A stretch of 32,000 bases of DNA from Methanopyrus kandleri AV19 (GCF_000007185.1 NC_003551.1:930001-962000), one strand, 5' to 3'; positions 15,214 to 24,651 are shown, counted from the first letter of the stretch. Notes: generated from the letters alone by a model not told the origin. Numbers and translations are program-made.

Positions 15214-15579
15214 AGCCCTTGCGATGAAACGTCAAAACCCGCCTGTTCTTTTCCCATGACACGTGTACTTCTCCGGAGTCAGTGAATTGAACGACAACAA
15301 TTTCCCGTTTCTTCACGTCACCCCGAGCGTTCACCGTAGTGACTTCGGCGCGGATGTAAGTCACGTTACCCGCCTCGTCCTCGAACAACGGTCGGATTCC
15401 CACGATAAGTTCCCCTCCTCCCTCGCCAAGACGGAGTTGGCGTAGTACACTAGGGGTCGATACTGCTCCCACTTCTTGTCGTAAACCGTGATCTCTTCAG
15501 GCCCCACGCCTATCACCTGGAGAATCCTCGTCAGCACGAGACCGGCCCCCGAGGTTACCGGCGGAAAAGGCGTCGCCAC
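15167..15579 (-). CDS. Hypothetical protein apparently split by a -1 frame change at a GGGG run (plus-strand CCCC 15412-15415)
   Basis: ORF 15361-15579 is protein-like up to ...YYANSVLAREEG. ORF 15167-15472 is protein-like from GELIVGIRPLFEDEAGNVTYIRAEV. The two overlap by 112 nt on the same strand. Family unknown. Confidence 0.45.
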
Positions 15580-15587
15580 ACCGCTCC

Positions 15588-15597
15588 GTTATTTATC
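15588..15597 (+). promoter_or_regulatory. Candidate TATA box for lysS
   Basis: GTTATTTATC lies in the 54-nt spacer. GGGGAG (15621-15626) is SD-like, 7 nt before TTG 15634. Confidence 0.4.
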
Positions 15598-15633
15598 GAC
15601 CTCGAGCGGGCAAGCCCACCGGGGAGCTGCTGC

Positions 15634-17301
15634 TTGACCAAGGAACACTGGTCGGAGGTGAAGGCGCGGGAAGTTACCGAGCACTGTCGGAAGCACGCTG
15701 ACGAACTCCCCGACGAGATAGTCGTGGCCAGCGGGGCTTCGACGTCCGGGCGCCTCCATGTGGGAAACGCCCGAGACGTTCTCACTGCAGACGCCGTGGC
15801 CCGAGTCCTGCGAGAGCGCTACCATGAAGATGTTAGGGTCGTGTGGATCTCCGACGATGTGGATCCCTTACGTCGCATCCCACGTGACCTCGACGGTAGA
15901 CTCTCGGAGGATTACCTCGGTGTACCGTACAAGGCGATCCCAGTAGGCGACGAGCCCTATTCTGACCGCTGGGCTCGTAACTTCGTGGAGGAGCTCCGGG
16001 AGTTCGGTGCGGAGGTTGAGTGGATCTCGTCGGCCGAACTGTACACGGACAACGGCTTCGTAAAGCTGGTCCGAGAGGTCGTGAACGATTACTACGGCGG
16101 CGGTGGGAGGCTCGCGAGCGTCCTCGAACGTTTCGGACTGGAGGATGCGCGGGTCTACATGCCGGTCTGCGAGGAGTGCGGCCGCATCGCTACTACTCGG
16201 GTGGTCGACGTAGACGGTTGGCGTATCGAGTACGTCTGCGAAGGACGGCATGAGATAGGGGACGCCGTCCTGGAAGGATGTGGGCACCGTGGAGAGCTCG
16301 ACCTCAGGAAACCGATAGAGGTCAATGGGTTCGAGATACCACCGGGCAAGCTCGGGTGGAAGATCGAGTGGCCGACCCGCTGGGTCTACCTGGGTGTCGC
16401 CTGTGAACCCTTCGGCAAGGATCACTACGTGGCCGGAGGCTCGTACGAGGTGGGGTCGGCTATCGCCGAGGAGTTCTTCGGGTTCCCGGCCCCGGTACCG
16501 GTCCCCTACGAGTGGATCACGCTCGACGGCAAGGCGATGTCCTCCTCCAAGGGACACTACGTGACCCTGTCCGATTGGGGGGAAGTATGCCACCGCGAGG
16601 TGCTCCGCTACCTCGTCCTGCGCGGCAAACCGCTGAAACATCTCGACCTGGACCTACGGTTCGGTCTTCTGCAGGCGGTGGACGACTACGATGAGTTAGA
16701 GAAGCGGTACTTCGCCGGTGAAGCCGACGAGAGGGAGCGGCGCATCTACGAGCTTTCCCGAGTCGATGAGATCCCGGAGGAGTGTCCACCCCACGTACCG
16801 TTCCGGTTCTGCGCCGTCGTAGCTCAAGTAGTGGGTATCGAAGACGACGTCTCGGAGGAAGAGTTCGAGCGGGCGCTGGAGATATTCCGGAGGACCGGAC
16901 ACCTTGAAGCGGAGCCCGAGGGCTTCGGTCGGGAGTGGCTCCGGGAGAGACTCGAGAAGGCATCGCGATGGGTGGACAGGTACGCCCCGGAAGAGGCCCG
17001 GTTCAGGGTTCGAGAGGAACCGGAACCCGTGGAGTTGTCAGACAAGGAGCGGGAGTTCCTCGAGGACCTGGTCCGCCGGTTAGAATCGGAAACAACTAAA
17101 GAAGATCCGGAAACACTACAGCGGACGGTGTTCGAAGCCGCCCGTACCGCCGGGCTACGTCCCGCGGACGCCTTCAGGGTGTTTTACAACGTCGTGGTCG
17201 GGAAGGACCGAGGTCCACGTGCTGGCACCCTCATCGCGGCTGTGGGGGTGGATCGGATTTCGAGGCTGATCCGGGGCTGCCTCGAGGCTTCCGAAGACTA
17301 G
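15634..17301 (+). CDS. lysS: Lysyl-tRNA synthetase, class I (archaeal type)
   Basis: HIGH-type motif SGRLHVGNARDV and KMSKS-type motif GKAMSSSKG. A zinc-type Cys cluster (PVCEECG). Length and layout match class I LysRS. Confidence 0.9.
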   Translation: MTKEHWSEVKAREVTEHCRKHADELPDEIVVASGASTSGRLHVGNARDVLTADAVARVLRERYHEDVRVVWISDDVDPLRRIPRDLDGRLSEDYLGVPYKAIPVGDEPYSDRWARNFVEELREFGAEVEWISSAELYTDNGFVKLVREVVNDYYGGGGRLASVLERFGLEDARVYMPVCEECGRIATTRVVDVDGWRIEYVCEGRHEIGDAVLEGCGHRGELDLRKPIEVNGFEIPPGKLGWKIEWPTRWVYLGVACEPFGKDHYVAGGSYEVGSAIAEEFFGFPAPVPVPYEWITLDGKAMSSSKGHYVTLSDWGEVCHREVLRYLVLRGKPLKHLDLDLRFGLLQAVDDYDELEKRYFAGEADERERRIYELSRVDEIPEECPPHVPFRFCAVVAQVVGIEDDVSEEEFERALEIFRRTGHLEAEPEGFGREWLRERLEKASRWVDRYAPEEARFRVREEPEPVELSDKEREFLEDLVRRLESETTKEDPETLQRTVFEAARTAGLRPADAFRVFYNVVVGKDRGPRAGTLIAAVGVDRISRLIRGCLEASED

Positions 17302-17312
17302 ACACCGGAAAT

Positions 17313-18383
17313 GTGGTCCGTGGTGCCTTCCCGAAGGGTTGTAGGCTCTGCGTGTGCGGCGCCAAGCTGGTGGTGTTCGTGACCGGGGTCTGTAACCGCG
17401 GGTGTTGGTACTGTCCCGTATCGCCGAGGAAAAAAGGGAGTGACGTTTCCTTCGCCAACGAGCGTCCGATACGGTCCGAGCGGGACCTGGTGAAAGAAGC
17501 GGAATTAATGGACGCGGAAGGAGCGAGTCTCACCGGTGGCGATCCGTTAACGCGTCTCGAGAGGGCCGTCAACATCATCCGCACGCTCAAAGACGAGTTC
17601 GGCGACGACTTCCACATCCACCTCTATGCGCCGGCGGAGTCCGTCAGGGAAGGGGCGATTGAAGAGCTAGATGGAGTGGGACTGGACGAGTTGCGCGTGC
17701 ACCCCTCCCCGGACTCGACTGTCAACAGGCGTGCGGCCGAGGTCCTGGAGGATTCCGGAATGGATCTGGGGTTCGAGATGCCCGCCATTCCCGGGGAAGA
17801 AAACTGGATCCTGGAGGTAGCTAAACTGGCGGACGAGTACGGGTTCGACTTCCTCAACGTTAACGAGCTGGAATTCACCGAATCTAACGCCGAAGAACTC
17901 AGAAGACGTAGGTTCGAGCGCGTAGATGACGACCTGTCCGACGCCGTCGCCGGGAGCGAGAGGACGGCCCTCACCGCGCTATCGGAGGTTGCTAACGACG
18001 TCGGCATCACCCTCCATTACTGTCCTTCCGAGGTGAAGGATGCCGTCCAGTTCCGGAAAAGGATCAAGAGAATGGCGAAGAACGTGGCACGTGACCACGA
18101 GGAGATAGATGAGGAAGGGCTCATAGTGAAGGGGATTTTCGAAGTAATATCCGGTGATCCGGAGGATCTCGCCGACGTGCTGATCAACATCCTCGAGGTG
18201 CCTGAGGAATGGGTGTATGTGGATGGGAGCCGAGTAGAGACGAAGCCGTTCGTCGTCGACGAGCTCGCCGATGTACTTTCGGACCTGGAGGAGGCCTCTC
18301 GATGCGAGATTCGGGCCTGGATCATCCGGGAGTACCCGACATGGGATAGAACCGTGGTAGAACGATGGCCGGTGCGGGGGTGA
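17313..18383 (+). CDS. Radical SAM protein (PflA-like small family, function unknown)
   Basis: CX3CX2C in GVCNRGCWYCPVS, preceded by a Cys-rich CRLCVCG, then LTGGDPL. GTG start 11 nt after the lysS stop. Confidence 0.75.
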   Translation: MVRGAFPKGCRLCVCGAKLVVFVTGVCNRGCWYCPVSPRKKGSDVSFANERPIRSERDLVKEAELMDAEGASLTGGDPLTRLERAVNIIRTLKDEFGDDFHIHLYAPAESVREGAIEELDGVGLDELRVHPSPDSTVNRRAAEVLEDSGMDLGFEMPAIPGEENWILEVAKLADEYGFDFLNVNELEFTESNAEELRRRRFERVDDDLSDAVAGSERTALTALSEVANDVGITLHYCPSEVKDAVQFRKRIKRMAKNVARDHEEIDEEGLIVKGIFEVISGDPEDLADVLINILEVPEEWVYVDGSRVETKPFVVDELADVLSDLEEASRCEIRAWIIREYPTWDRTVVERWPVRG

Positions 18384-18892
18384 GTGCGTCGCGTGAAGAC
18401 ATCGCACTCCGGCTACGGCGTGTGAGCAGAGTCTGGGGAGCGGCACTGTACGTAGGCTCCGTACTCCTCATCGTCCTGATCGCCGTGTTAGGACTCGGAG
18501 CCCTAGGCCAATACAGCTACCAGGCTCAAGTGCTGCTCTTCGGTAACTACAGGGGGCAGCTGGCGGAGATCGATGAGAAGTATCAAGTGCTCAAGACGGA
18601 GTTCGATCAAGCCAATCATAAGCTACAGGCACTGCGTGACCTGTACCCGATTTCGAGTGCCGACCTCCACCAAGTCGAGAAAATCCGCGCTAAAGCTTCC
18701 CTAGAGCTCCAGTCGTTGAAACTGAAGAAGAAAGACACCGAATTCGCGGTCTACGTGCTGAAAGATCCGGCAACCTCCGATCTGAAGCTGAAGGAATGTA
18801 TGGCGGAGCTGCGACGCGCGGAAGCAGCGGTGAAGGCGTTCGTACGGGCGGTCAAGGGGCTTGAAGACAAGTACGCCGGCAGGGTCCACTGA
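18365..18892 (+). CDS. Hypothetical membrane-anchored coiled-coil protein
   Basis: One N-terminal TM helix (WGAALYVGSVLLIVLIAVLGLGAL) followed by a coiled-coil-like Lys/Glu/Leu-rich region. The start is either ATG 18365 or GTG 18380 (GTGA overlap with the upstream stop). Confidence 0.5.
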   Translation: MAGAGVSASREDIALRLRRVSRVWGAALYVGSVLLIVLIAVLGLGALGQYSYQAQVLLFGNYRGQLAEIDEKYQVLKTEFDQANHKLQALRDLYPISSADLHQVEKIRAKASLELQSLKLKKKDTEFAVYVLKDPATSDLKLKECMAELRRAEAAVKAFVRAVKGLEDKYAGRVH

Positions 18893-20180
18893 AGTCGACC
18901 TGGGCTCCCTACATCCCGGTCTGAAAGTCGAGCGACACTCCGGCTACTTACGGTTCAGACTTTACGGACTGATCGAGTTCGAGGTGGACCCCGAAGAATT
19001 CCGCCGAATGGTGACTGCCGTAATCTCCAAACGTGAGCGGCGCACGGTACCGGTCACCCTGCAAGGCACTCGTGTGGCGGCTCCGGTACCCCGTGAGGTG
19101 CTGGTCGGCGTTCTAACAGATCTCATATCCAGACTCGCCGGCGAGTCCGGAAAGAACGCCTACACGGGTCGTAGGGTGTACTACATCACCGAGACTACAG
19201 GTATCCCGCTGATAGGCCACACGGCTTTCGGCCTCATCGACCGTGGAACCAACGTAATACAGGTGCGCCCGCTCTCCGGGTGCAATCTCTGCTGCATATA
19301 CTGCAGTGTGGACGAAGGACCGATCTCCCGCACGCGTTCGCGGGATTTCATGGTGGACCCTGACTACCTGATGGAGTGGTTCGACCGCGTAGCCGAGTTC
19401 AAAGGTCAGGGACTCGAAGCGCACCTCGACGGTCAGGGTGAACCCACGCTGTACCCTTTCCTGCCCGATGTGGTTCAAGCCCTCAAGGAGCACCCACACG
19501 TCGACATCGTCTCCATACAGACCAACGCCGTACCGCTGAGCGAAGACTTGGTGGACGAGCTCGTCGAGGCTGGAATCGACAGGTTCAACGTGAGCGTCAA
19601 CTCGCTCGACCCGAAGAAAGCTCGGGCCATGGCGGGCCGGAAGGACTACGACGTCGAGCATGTGAAGAGGGTGGTCGAGTACATAGCCCAAGAGACCGAG
19701 GCCGACGTGCTGGTGGCGCCGCTGTGGTTGCCGGGTTACAACGACGATGATATCGTGGAGATCATCGGGTGGGCGGCGAAGATAGGGGCGGGGAAGCGGT
19801 GGCCGCCACTCGGGATCCAGAACTACCTAGAGTACAGGTTCGGTCGACGACCTAAGTTCCTACGTCGGGTTATACCGATGAAAGAGTTCTACAGGTGGCT
19901 CAGGGAGCTGGAAAGCAGGACGGAAGTGCGTCCGCTGGTGCTCAAACCCGAACACTTCGGGACCGAGCCCAGGAAATCACTACCGAAACCGTTCCGACGG
20001 GGAGATGTGATCAGAGCGGAAATAGTGTTGGAAGGACGGTTGCGGGGTGAGATGATAGCCCGAGCCGCCGATCGCGTGATCGCCATCCCGGACTCCGCCA
20101 AGATATTAAACGTGGGAGACCGCGTCCGGGTGAAAGTGACGAGGGACAAGCACAACATCTTCGTGGGGATCTTGGTCTGA
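18861..20180 (+). CDS. Radical SAM protein with N-terminal extension and C-terminal TRAM-like beta domain (possible RNA-modifying enzyme)
   Basis: CX3CX2C in [16 protein letters not shown], then [10 protein letters not shown]. The C-terminal segment [59 protein letters not shown] resembles TRAM/OB domains of MiaB-type enzymes. TTG start overlaps the upstream gene by 32 nt. Confidence 0.7.
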   Translation: MKTSTPAGSTEVDLGSLHPGLKVERHSGYLRFRLYGLIEFEVDPEEFRRMVTAVISKRERRTVPVTLQGTRVAAPVPREVLVGVLTDLISRLAGESGKNAYTGRRVYYITETTGIPLIGHTAFGLIDRGTNVIQVRPLSGCNLCCIYCSVDEGPISRTRSRDFMVDPDYLMEWFDRVAEFKGQGLEAHLDGQGEPTLYPFLPDVVQALKEHPHVDIVSIQTNAVPLSEDLVDELVEAGIDRFNVSVNSLDPKKARAMAGRKDYDVEHVKRVVEYIAQETEADVLVAPLWLPGYNDDDIVEIIGWAAKIGAGKRWPPLGIQNYLEYRFGRRPKFLRRVIPMKEFYRWLRELESRTEVRPLVLKPEHFGTEPRKSLPKPFRRGDVIRAEIVLEGRLRGEMIARAADRVIAIPDSAKILNVGDRVRVKVTRDKHNIFVGILV

Positions 20181-20199
20181 ACCAGGGGGAGAGTCACCA

Positions 20200-20649
20200 A
20201 TGGCGGAGGAACGCTCGAAGGATGACATACCGGACTGGTGGGAGAAGGAGTGGGTTGAGTTCAGGTACCGGGGCTACACCCTGGGCGAGCTGATGAAGAT
20301 GCCTATCGAGGAGTTCATCGAGCTACTCCCCGCACGCCAGCGTCGCTCGCTGAAACGTGGCCTGCCCTCCAGGCACAAGAAGCTGCTGCGCAAGGTCCGG
20401 CGAGCTCGGAGGCTCCTGAGACGCGGTAAGAAGCCTCCGGTAATCCGGACCCACTGCCGGGATATGATCATCCTGCCCGAAATGGTAGGACTGACCATCG
20501 CGGTGTACAACGGAAAGGAGTTCAAAGAGGTGAAGATCGAGCCGGAGATGATCGGTCACTACCTCGGTGAGTTCGCCAAGACCAGGAAAACCGTCGAGCA
20601 CGGAGGAATCGGTGCTACACGGAGCTCGTTGTTCGTGCCACTGAAGTAA
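20200..20649 (+). CDS. rps19p: 30S ribosomal protein uS19 (S19p / eukaryotic S15 type)
   Basis: [73 protein letters not shown] are uS19 signatures. GGGGGAG SD-like run lies upstream. Confidence 0.92.
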   Translation: MAEERSKDDIPDWWEKEWVEFRYRGYTLGELMKMPIEEFIELLPARQRRSLKRGLPSRHKKLLRKVRRARRLLRRGKKPPVIRTHCRDMIILPEMVGLTIAVYNGKEFKEVKIEPEMIGHYLGEFAKTRKTVEHGGIGATRSSLFVPLK

Positions 20650-21324
20650 TCACCACCTAGCATCGGGCACCTCGACGTGTACGCCGTACAGGGACAGTTT
20701 CCTGTCCACCTCCAACACCCTTCTCACTGCGGATAGAGCTATTGAACCCGATTTCAGCGCGACCCAGTACTCGAAAAGGCCGTCGTACTCCGTGCCCACC
20801 TTGCTGTCCTCCATCACCAGTATTCCAGGCTCGTCAGAGCCCAGAGAGGTGACCTTTTGGACCATCTCCCGGAACTTGTTCGTGACCTTCCACACTTTCC
20901 ATTCGCGCTCTACATCGTACTCCCTGAGGTAGCGTAGGGCGATTTTCAAAGCACCTATCAGCGACCGTCCCCGCCTCTCCACAGGTTCATCTACCGAGGC
21001 TGACCCGTGAACCTTGAGCTCGTCCAGCGGCCCCCGTGAGCGTGCCTCGTGCCTTTCGAGGATCACCTCTACGATCCGGGGGCGAGACGTGGAGTCCGCC
21101 TGGCGTACGGTGACTTCGAACGTATACCTGGTATCGGATGTCACGTACTGCGCGATGCTATTGGTAGGAAGCTCCTCCTCGGCACGCACCCACACCATCA
21201 GCGAGCATCTAGCCTCCGAATACTCCTTCAGAGGAACGCGCTCGGCCATTTCTTTTAAGGTCTTGTAAATCTCCTTCACGCGTCCACTTTTGAGCTCGGG
21301 GGCACACTCCCTGGCTAACTCCAT
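20650..21324 (-). CDS. Hypothetical protein (224 aa)
   Basis: Long ORF with normal composition. Its stop codon abuts the uS19 stop with zero spacer. No motif recognised. Confidence 0.5.
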   Translation of the reverse strand: MELARECAPELKSGRVKEIYKTLKEMAERVPLKEYSEARCSLMVWVRAEEELPTNSIAQYVTSDTRYTFEVTVRQADSTSRPRIVEVILERHEARSRGPLDELKVHGSASVDEPVERRGRSLIGALKIALRYLREYDVEREWKVWKVTNKFREMVQKVTSLGSDEPGILVMEDSKVGTEYDGLFEYWVALKSGSIALSAVRRVLEVDRKLSLYGVHVEVPDARW

Positions 21325-21360
21325 CCCGGTCCTGCGAGGCGAGGTCCGTACCCCCCGGAC

Positions 21361-21369
21361 GGAGGTGAT
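21361..21369 (+). promoter_or_regulatory. Shine-Dalgarno site (GGAGGTGAT) of the B12-radical SAM gene
   Basis: It is a full match to the expected complement of an archaeal 16S 3' end. It lies 6 nt upstream of ATG 21376. Confidence 0.6.
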
Positions 21370-21375
21370 TCCAAC

Positions 21376-22827
21376 ATGATCGATGTCCTCCTGATCAACC
21401 CCCCTGATGTCACGACTAAGTACCAGCGATTCTTGGGCATTACAGCGCCTCCGCTTGGACTAGCCTACATCGCCGCGGTGCTCGAGGAGGCGGGATACAC
21501 GGTTAAAATCCTCGATTGTCCCCCACTGGACATGTCCTTCGAGGACCTGAGACGAGCCGTGCGGAAGCTCCGTCCTAGAATCGTATCCATCATGGCCACG
21601 ACTCCGATCATTCACCAAGCCTACCAGGCGGCCAAGGTCGTCAAGGAAGAACTAGAGGACGTCATCGTATGCCTTGGCGGTTATCATCCTACCTTCATGG
21701 ACGTCGAGTGCCTCAAGGAGTGCCCCTACGTCGACGTCGTGGTACGGCGTGAGGGCGAATTCACGCTCCTGGATCTGGCGAAGGTGTTCATCGACGGCGT
21801 AAAGACACTCTCAGAGGTACTGGGGATCACGTACCGGGAGAAGGACGACATCGTCAGAGCCCCTGATCGACCCCTCATTCGCGATCTCGACGCACTACCG
21901 TTCCCCGCGCGTCACCTGCTTCCCATGGACAAGTACACTTTCTTCGGGGCTAAAACCACCGCCACCACGATGGTGTCGAGCAGGGGTTGTCCCGTAGGAT
22001 GTGACTTCTGCGCTTCTTCAGCGATGCACGGCCACAAACTCCGGATGCACTCGGCCGAGCGTGTGGTTTCCGAGATGGCGCATGTCCACGAGAACTACGG
22101 ATCGGACATCATAGCCTTCGTCGATGACACGTTCACGTACGATCGGCGGCGTGTCGAGGAGATCTGTCGGCTCATCGTGGAAAGCGGTCTAGACGTAACC
22201 TGGGGCTGTGCCGCACGCGTCGACACGATCGACAGGGAGTTACTTGAACTCATGCGCGAGGCGGGATGCTCGGTCCTGTTCTTCGGAGTCGAGTCGGGTA
22301 GCCAGGAGGTCCTGGACAACGTCGGTAAGGGGTTTACGGTCGAGCAGACGAAGAAGGCGTTCCAACTCTGCCGCGAGTTCGACATAGTGACCGTGGCTTC
22401 GGCTGTGATCGGCTTACCGGGCGAGACCCACAGGAGTGCCCGGCAGACGATAAAGTTCCTGAAAGAAATCGACCCCGATTACGCCGTGGTGTCCGTCGCG
22501 ACGCCATATCCCGGCACTAAGTTCTACCAAGAGGCCGTGGAGAAAGGGCTCATCGAGGAAAAGTCGTGGGACAAGTACACCCTCATGGACCCGGTGGTCA
22601 GGACGACCGAGCTGTCCCCAGAGGAGGTGAAGAAGTACCAAAAGCGCGCCATGATCGAGTTCTATCTTCGTCCCCGGTATCTTATCCGACGGCTGAAGGA
22701 GGACGGCATCGATGCCGTCCGTGTGACCGGAACGATGATCGCCGAGGTCGCGTTCAAGAAGATGAAAGCGTTGTTGGCTAAGATCCCGAGTCCTCGGTTT
22801 TCACACCGCAAGGGCTCGGACGAGTGA
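21376..22827 (+). CDS. Cobalamin-binding-domain radical SAM enzyme (class B-like)
   Basis: N-terminal B12-binding-like Rossmann segment (VLLINPP...PPLGLAYIAAVLEEAGYTVKILD). CX3CX2C in SSRGCPVGCDFCAS. The C-terminal part is typical of the B12-rSAM family. Confidence 0.8.
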   Translation: MIDVLLINPPDVTTKYQRFLGITAPPLGLAYIAAVLEEAGYTVKILDCPPLDMSFEDLRRAVRKLRPRIVSIMATTPIIHQAYQAAKVVKEELEDVIVCLGGYHPTFMDVECLKECPYVDVVVRREGEFTLLDLAKVFIDGVKTLSEVLGITYREKDDIVRAPDRPLIRDLDALPFPARHLLPMDKYTFFGAKTTATTMVSSRGCPVGCDFCASSAMHGHKLRMHSAERVVSEMAHVHENYGSDIIAFVDDTFTYDRRRVEEICRLIVESGLDVTWGCAARVDTIDRELLELMREAGCSVLFFGVESGSQEVLDNVGKGFTVEQTKKAFQLCREFDIVTVASAVIGLPGETHRSARQTIKFLKEIDPDYAVVSVATPYPGTKFYQEAVEKGLIEEKSWDKYTLMDPVVRTTELSPEEVKKYQKRAMIEFYLRPRYLIRRLKEDGIDAVRVTGTMIAEVAFKKMKALLAKIPSPRFSHRKGSDE

Positions 22828-23764
22828 CGAACGCCTCGTAACCTAAGGCGCTTAGCGTTTCGACGGCACGTTTCGCATCCTCCTCCCTCTCGAATAACGC
22901 GACCGCGCATCCTCCTCCTCCGGCGCCGGTAACCTTCGCCCCTAAGGCGCCCGCGCTCCTGAATACGTGTACGATCTCCTCCAGGGCACGCGTGGAGACG
23001 TTCAGGGCCGCCAACAGCCCGTGGTTGGCGTTCATGAGCTCCCCTACGGTCCTTAAGTCCCCATCACGCAGAGCCGCCTCGAGGTCATCGACGAGCTCCC
23101 CTATCAGCTCCATGACCCCGTCGACGATGTCCAACCTCTCGCGGAGTTCGGCCACCCGGCGCACCATCTCACCCGTACGACTGGGTTCCTGGGAGTGCGC
23201 CACGACCAGCACGGGGTTACGCTCCGGTTCAATCAGCTCGAACTCCCGCCCTGAAACCCTCACGAACCCGCCGTACGTGACCACCGTGGCGTCGGTCCAA
23301 CTCGCCTTCCCCTGCACCTCGAGCTCCACCTCACGGACAAGTCTCCGTATCTCTTCCCTGGAGACGTTTACACCCGATACCTCGGCTAGTCCGAGTAGCA
23401 CTGCCGCCGTGACCGCAGCCGATGTGCCTAGACCACTCGCCGGGGGAGCTTCCGACAGAATCCTCAGGTTAGAGGGAGGAGCGTCGAACTCCTCCGATGC
23501 CTTTCGCACCGCCGTAGCCACGTACGTCAGTTCCTCGTGCAAGCTCTCGGATCGGAAGCCCTTTACATTTCCGTCACGTGTGATCTCAGCCCTTACGTTC
23601 CCCTCGCAGCTCAGCTCGGTTTCCACCCTGAAGCTGTCGTCTCCGGGTTCCGCCGTGACCCTAACATAGGTATCTAATGCCACTGCGACCGCCGGATACC
23701 CGTAAACGACGGCGTGCTCGCCCGCCAGGATAGCCTTCAGTGGAGCCTTGACGGAAATACGCAA
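22778..23764 (-). CDS. mvk: Mevalonate kinase
   Basis: N-terminal APLKAILAGEHAVVYG. GHMP motif PPASGLGTSAAVTAAV. C-terminal KVTGAGGGGCAVALF. The 3' end overlaps the convergent gene by 50 nt. Confidence 0.9.
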   Translation of the reverse strand: MRISVKAPLKAILAGEHAVVYGYPAVAVALDTYVRVTAEPGDDSFRVETELSCEGNVRAEITRDGNVKGFRSESLHEELTYVATAVRKASEEFDAPPSNLRILSEAPPASGLGTSAAVTAAVLLGLAEVSGVNVSREEIRRLVREVELEVQGKASWTDATVVTYGGFVRVSGREFELIEPERNPVLVVAHSQEPSRTGEMVRRVAELRERLDIVDGVMELIGELVDDLEAALRDGDLRTVGELMNANHGLLAALNVSTRALEEIVHVFRSAGALGAKVTGAGGGGCAVALFEREEDAKRAVETLSALGYEAFVTRPSPCGVKTEDSGS

Positions 23765-23788
23765 CCATAGTCCCCCGGGTGACCGAGC

Positions 23789-24649
23789 TTGATGTTGCCG
23801 AAGACCCTTAAGCCCGTGGTGGAGGATAAGTACGTTGAGAGTCTCGAAGAGCTGGCGGACCTGATCGCCAGCGCGGATCTAAGGACCGGAGTTGTGAGGA
23901 TCACCGCACGGTCCGGTGACGCCCTGCTCGACGCGTTCATCGTAGTCCTCAACGGTAAGGTCGTCTACATCGAGGTCGAAGAGGTACGGACCGGGGAACG
24001 ATGGCGGGGAGAGGAAGCGTTAGAGCACCTGAGGGAGATCTTAAGTGCAATTGAGGGAGGTCAGTCCGCCGTTGTCGACGTGTTCGAGGCCTCGGAAGAC
24101 GACATCGAGATGATCTTCGAGTACCACGGTATACGGCCGAAGGAGATCGAACTGGAGGACGTGCTGCCAGTCCCCGCGCTCGAAGCCGATATCGAGTTCG
24201 AGACCGAGGAACTCGAGGGCGCCGAGAAAGAGGAAGCTACGGAGGAAACCGGGATCGGAGTAGAAGAGATCGAGGAAGCCTATGACGAGGAGCCGGAGGC
24301 GGTAGAGTCCTACGACTTCACGGAAGAGGTAGAAAGAGAACCGGAATCCCTGTCGCGTGAGGAGATACTGAAGAAATATGGGATCAAGGAGCCGGACGAG
24401 TCCTTCGTCGAGAATATCCTGAAGGAGTTCACCGGAGTGGAGACGGACCTTCGAGAGCGGATCTCGAGGGTTCTTCGCAGCTACGGTATAACGGTCTTCA
24501 AGGTGGAAGGTATCGTCGAAGTCCTGCTGGGGAACGACACCGACGAGGAGGAAGTCGTTGAGACCATTCGGGACTTCATGAAGGATGCCGGCGTCGACGA
24601 GCTGGAGGTCCGCACGTACCGACCCGAGTGGTTGGGGAGAAAGATTTAA
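23789..24649 (+). CDS. Hypothetical highly acidic protein (Glu-rich central low-complexity region)
   Basis: Long ORF. The start is TTG 23789 or ATG 23792. It has a globular N-terminal about 110 aa, a Glu/Asp-rich linker (about 24170-24340) and a small C-terminal domain. No motif recognised. Confidence 0.55.
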   Translation: MMLPKTLKPVVEDKYVESLEELADLIASADLRTGVVRITARSGDALLDAFIVVLNGKVVYIEVEEVRTGERWRGEEALEHLREILSAIEGGQSAVVDVFEASEDDIEMIFEYHGIRPKEIELEDVLPVPALEADIEFETEELEGAEKEEATEETGIGVEEIEEAYDEEPEAVESYDFTEEVEREPESLSREEILKKYGIKEPDESFVENILKEFTGVETDLRERISRVLRSYGITVFKVEGIVEVLLGNDTDEEEVVETIRDFMKDAGVDELEVRTYRPEWLGRKI

Positions 24650-24651
24650 GG
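24643..24651 (+). promoter_or_regulatory. Candidate TATA-like element for the tRNA gene
   Basis: GATTTAAGG overlaps the upstream stop codon, about 30-35 nt before tRNA position 1. Confidence 0.35.

Noticed and set aside
18890-18960. TGA at 18890-18892 checked as a possible selenocysteine read-through
   Set aside because: The downstream in-frame translation ([19 protein letters not shown]...) is junk, and another frame carries the next gene.
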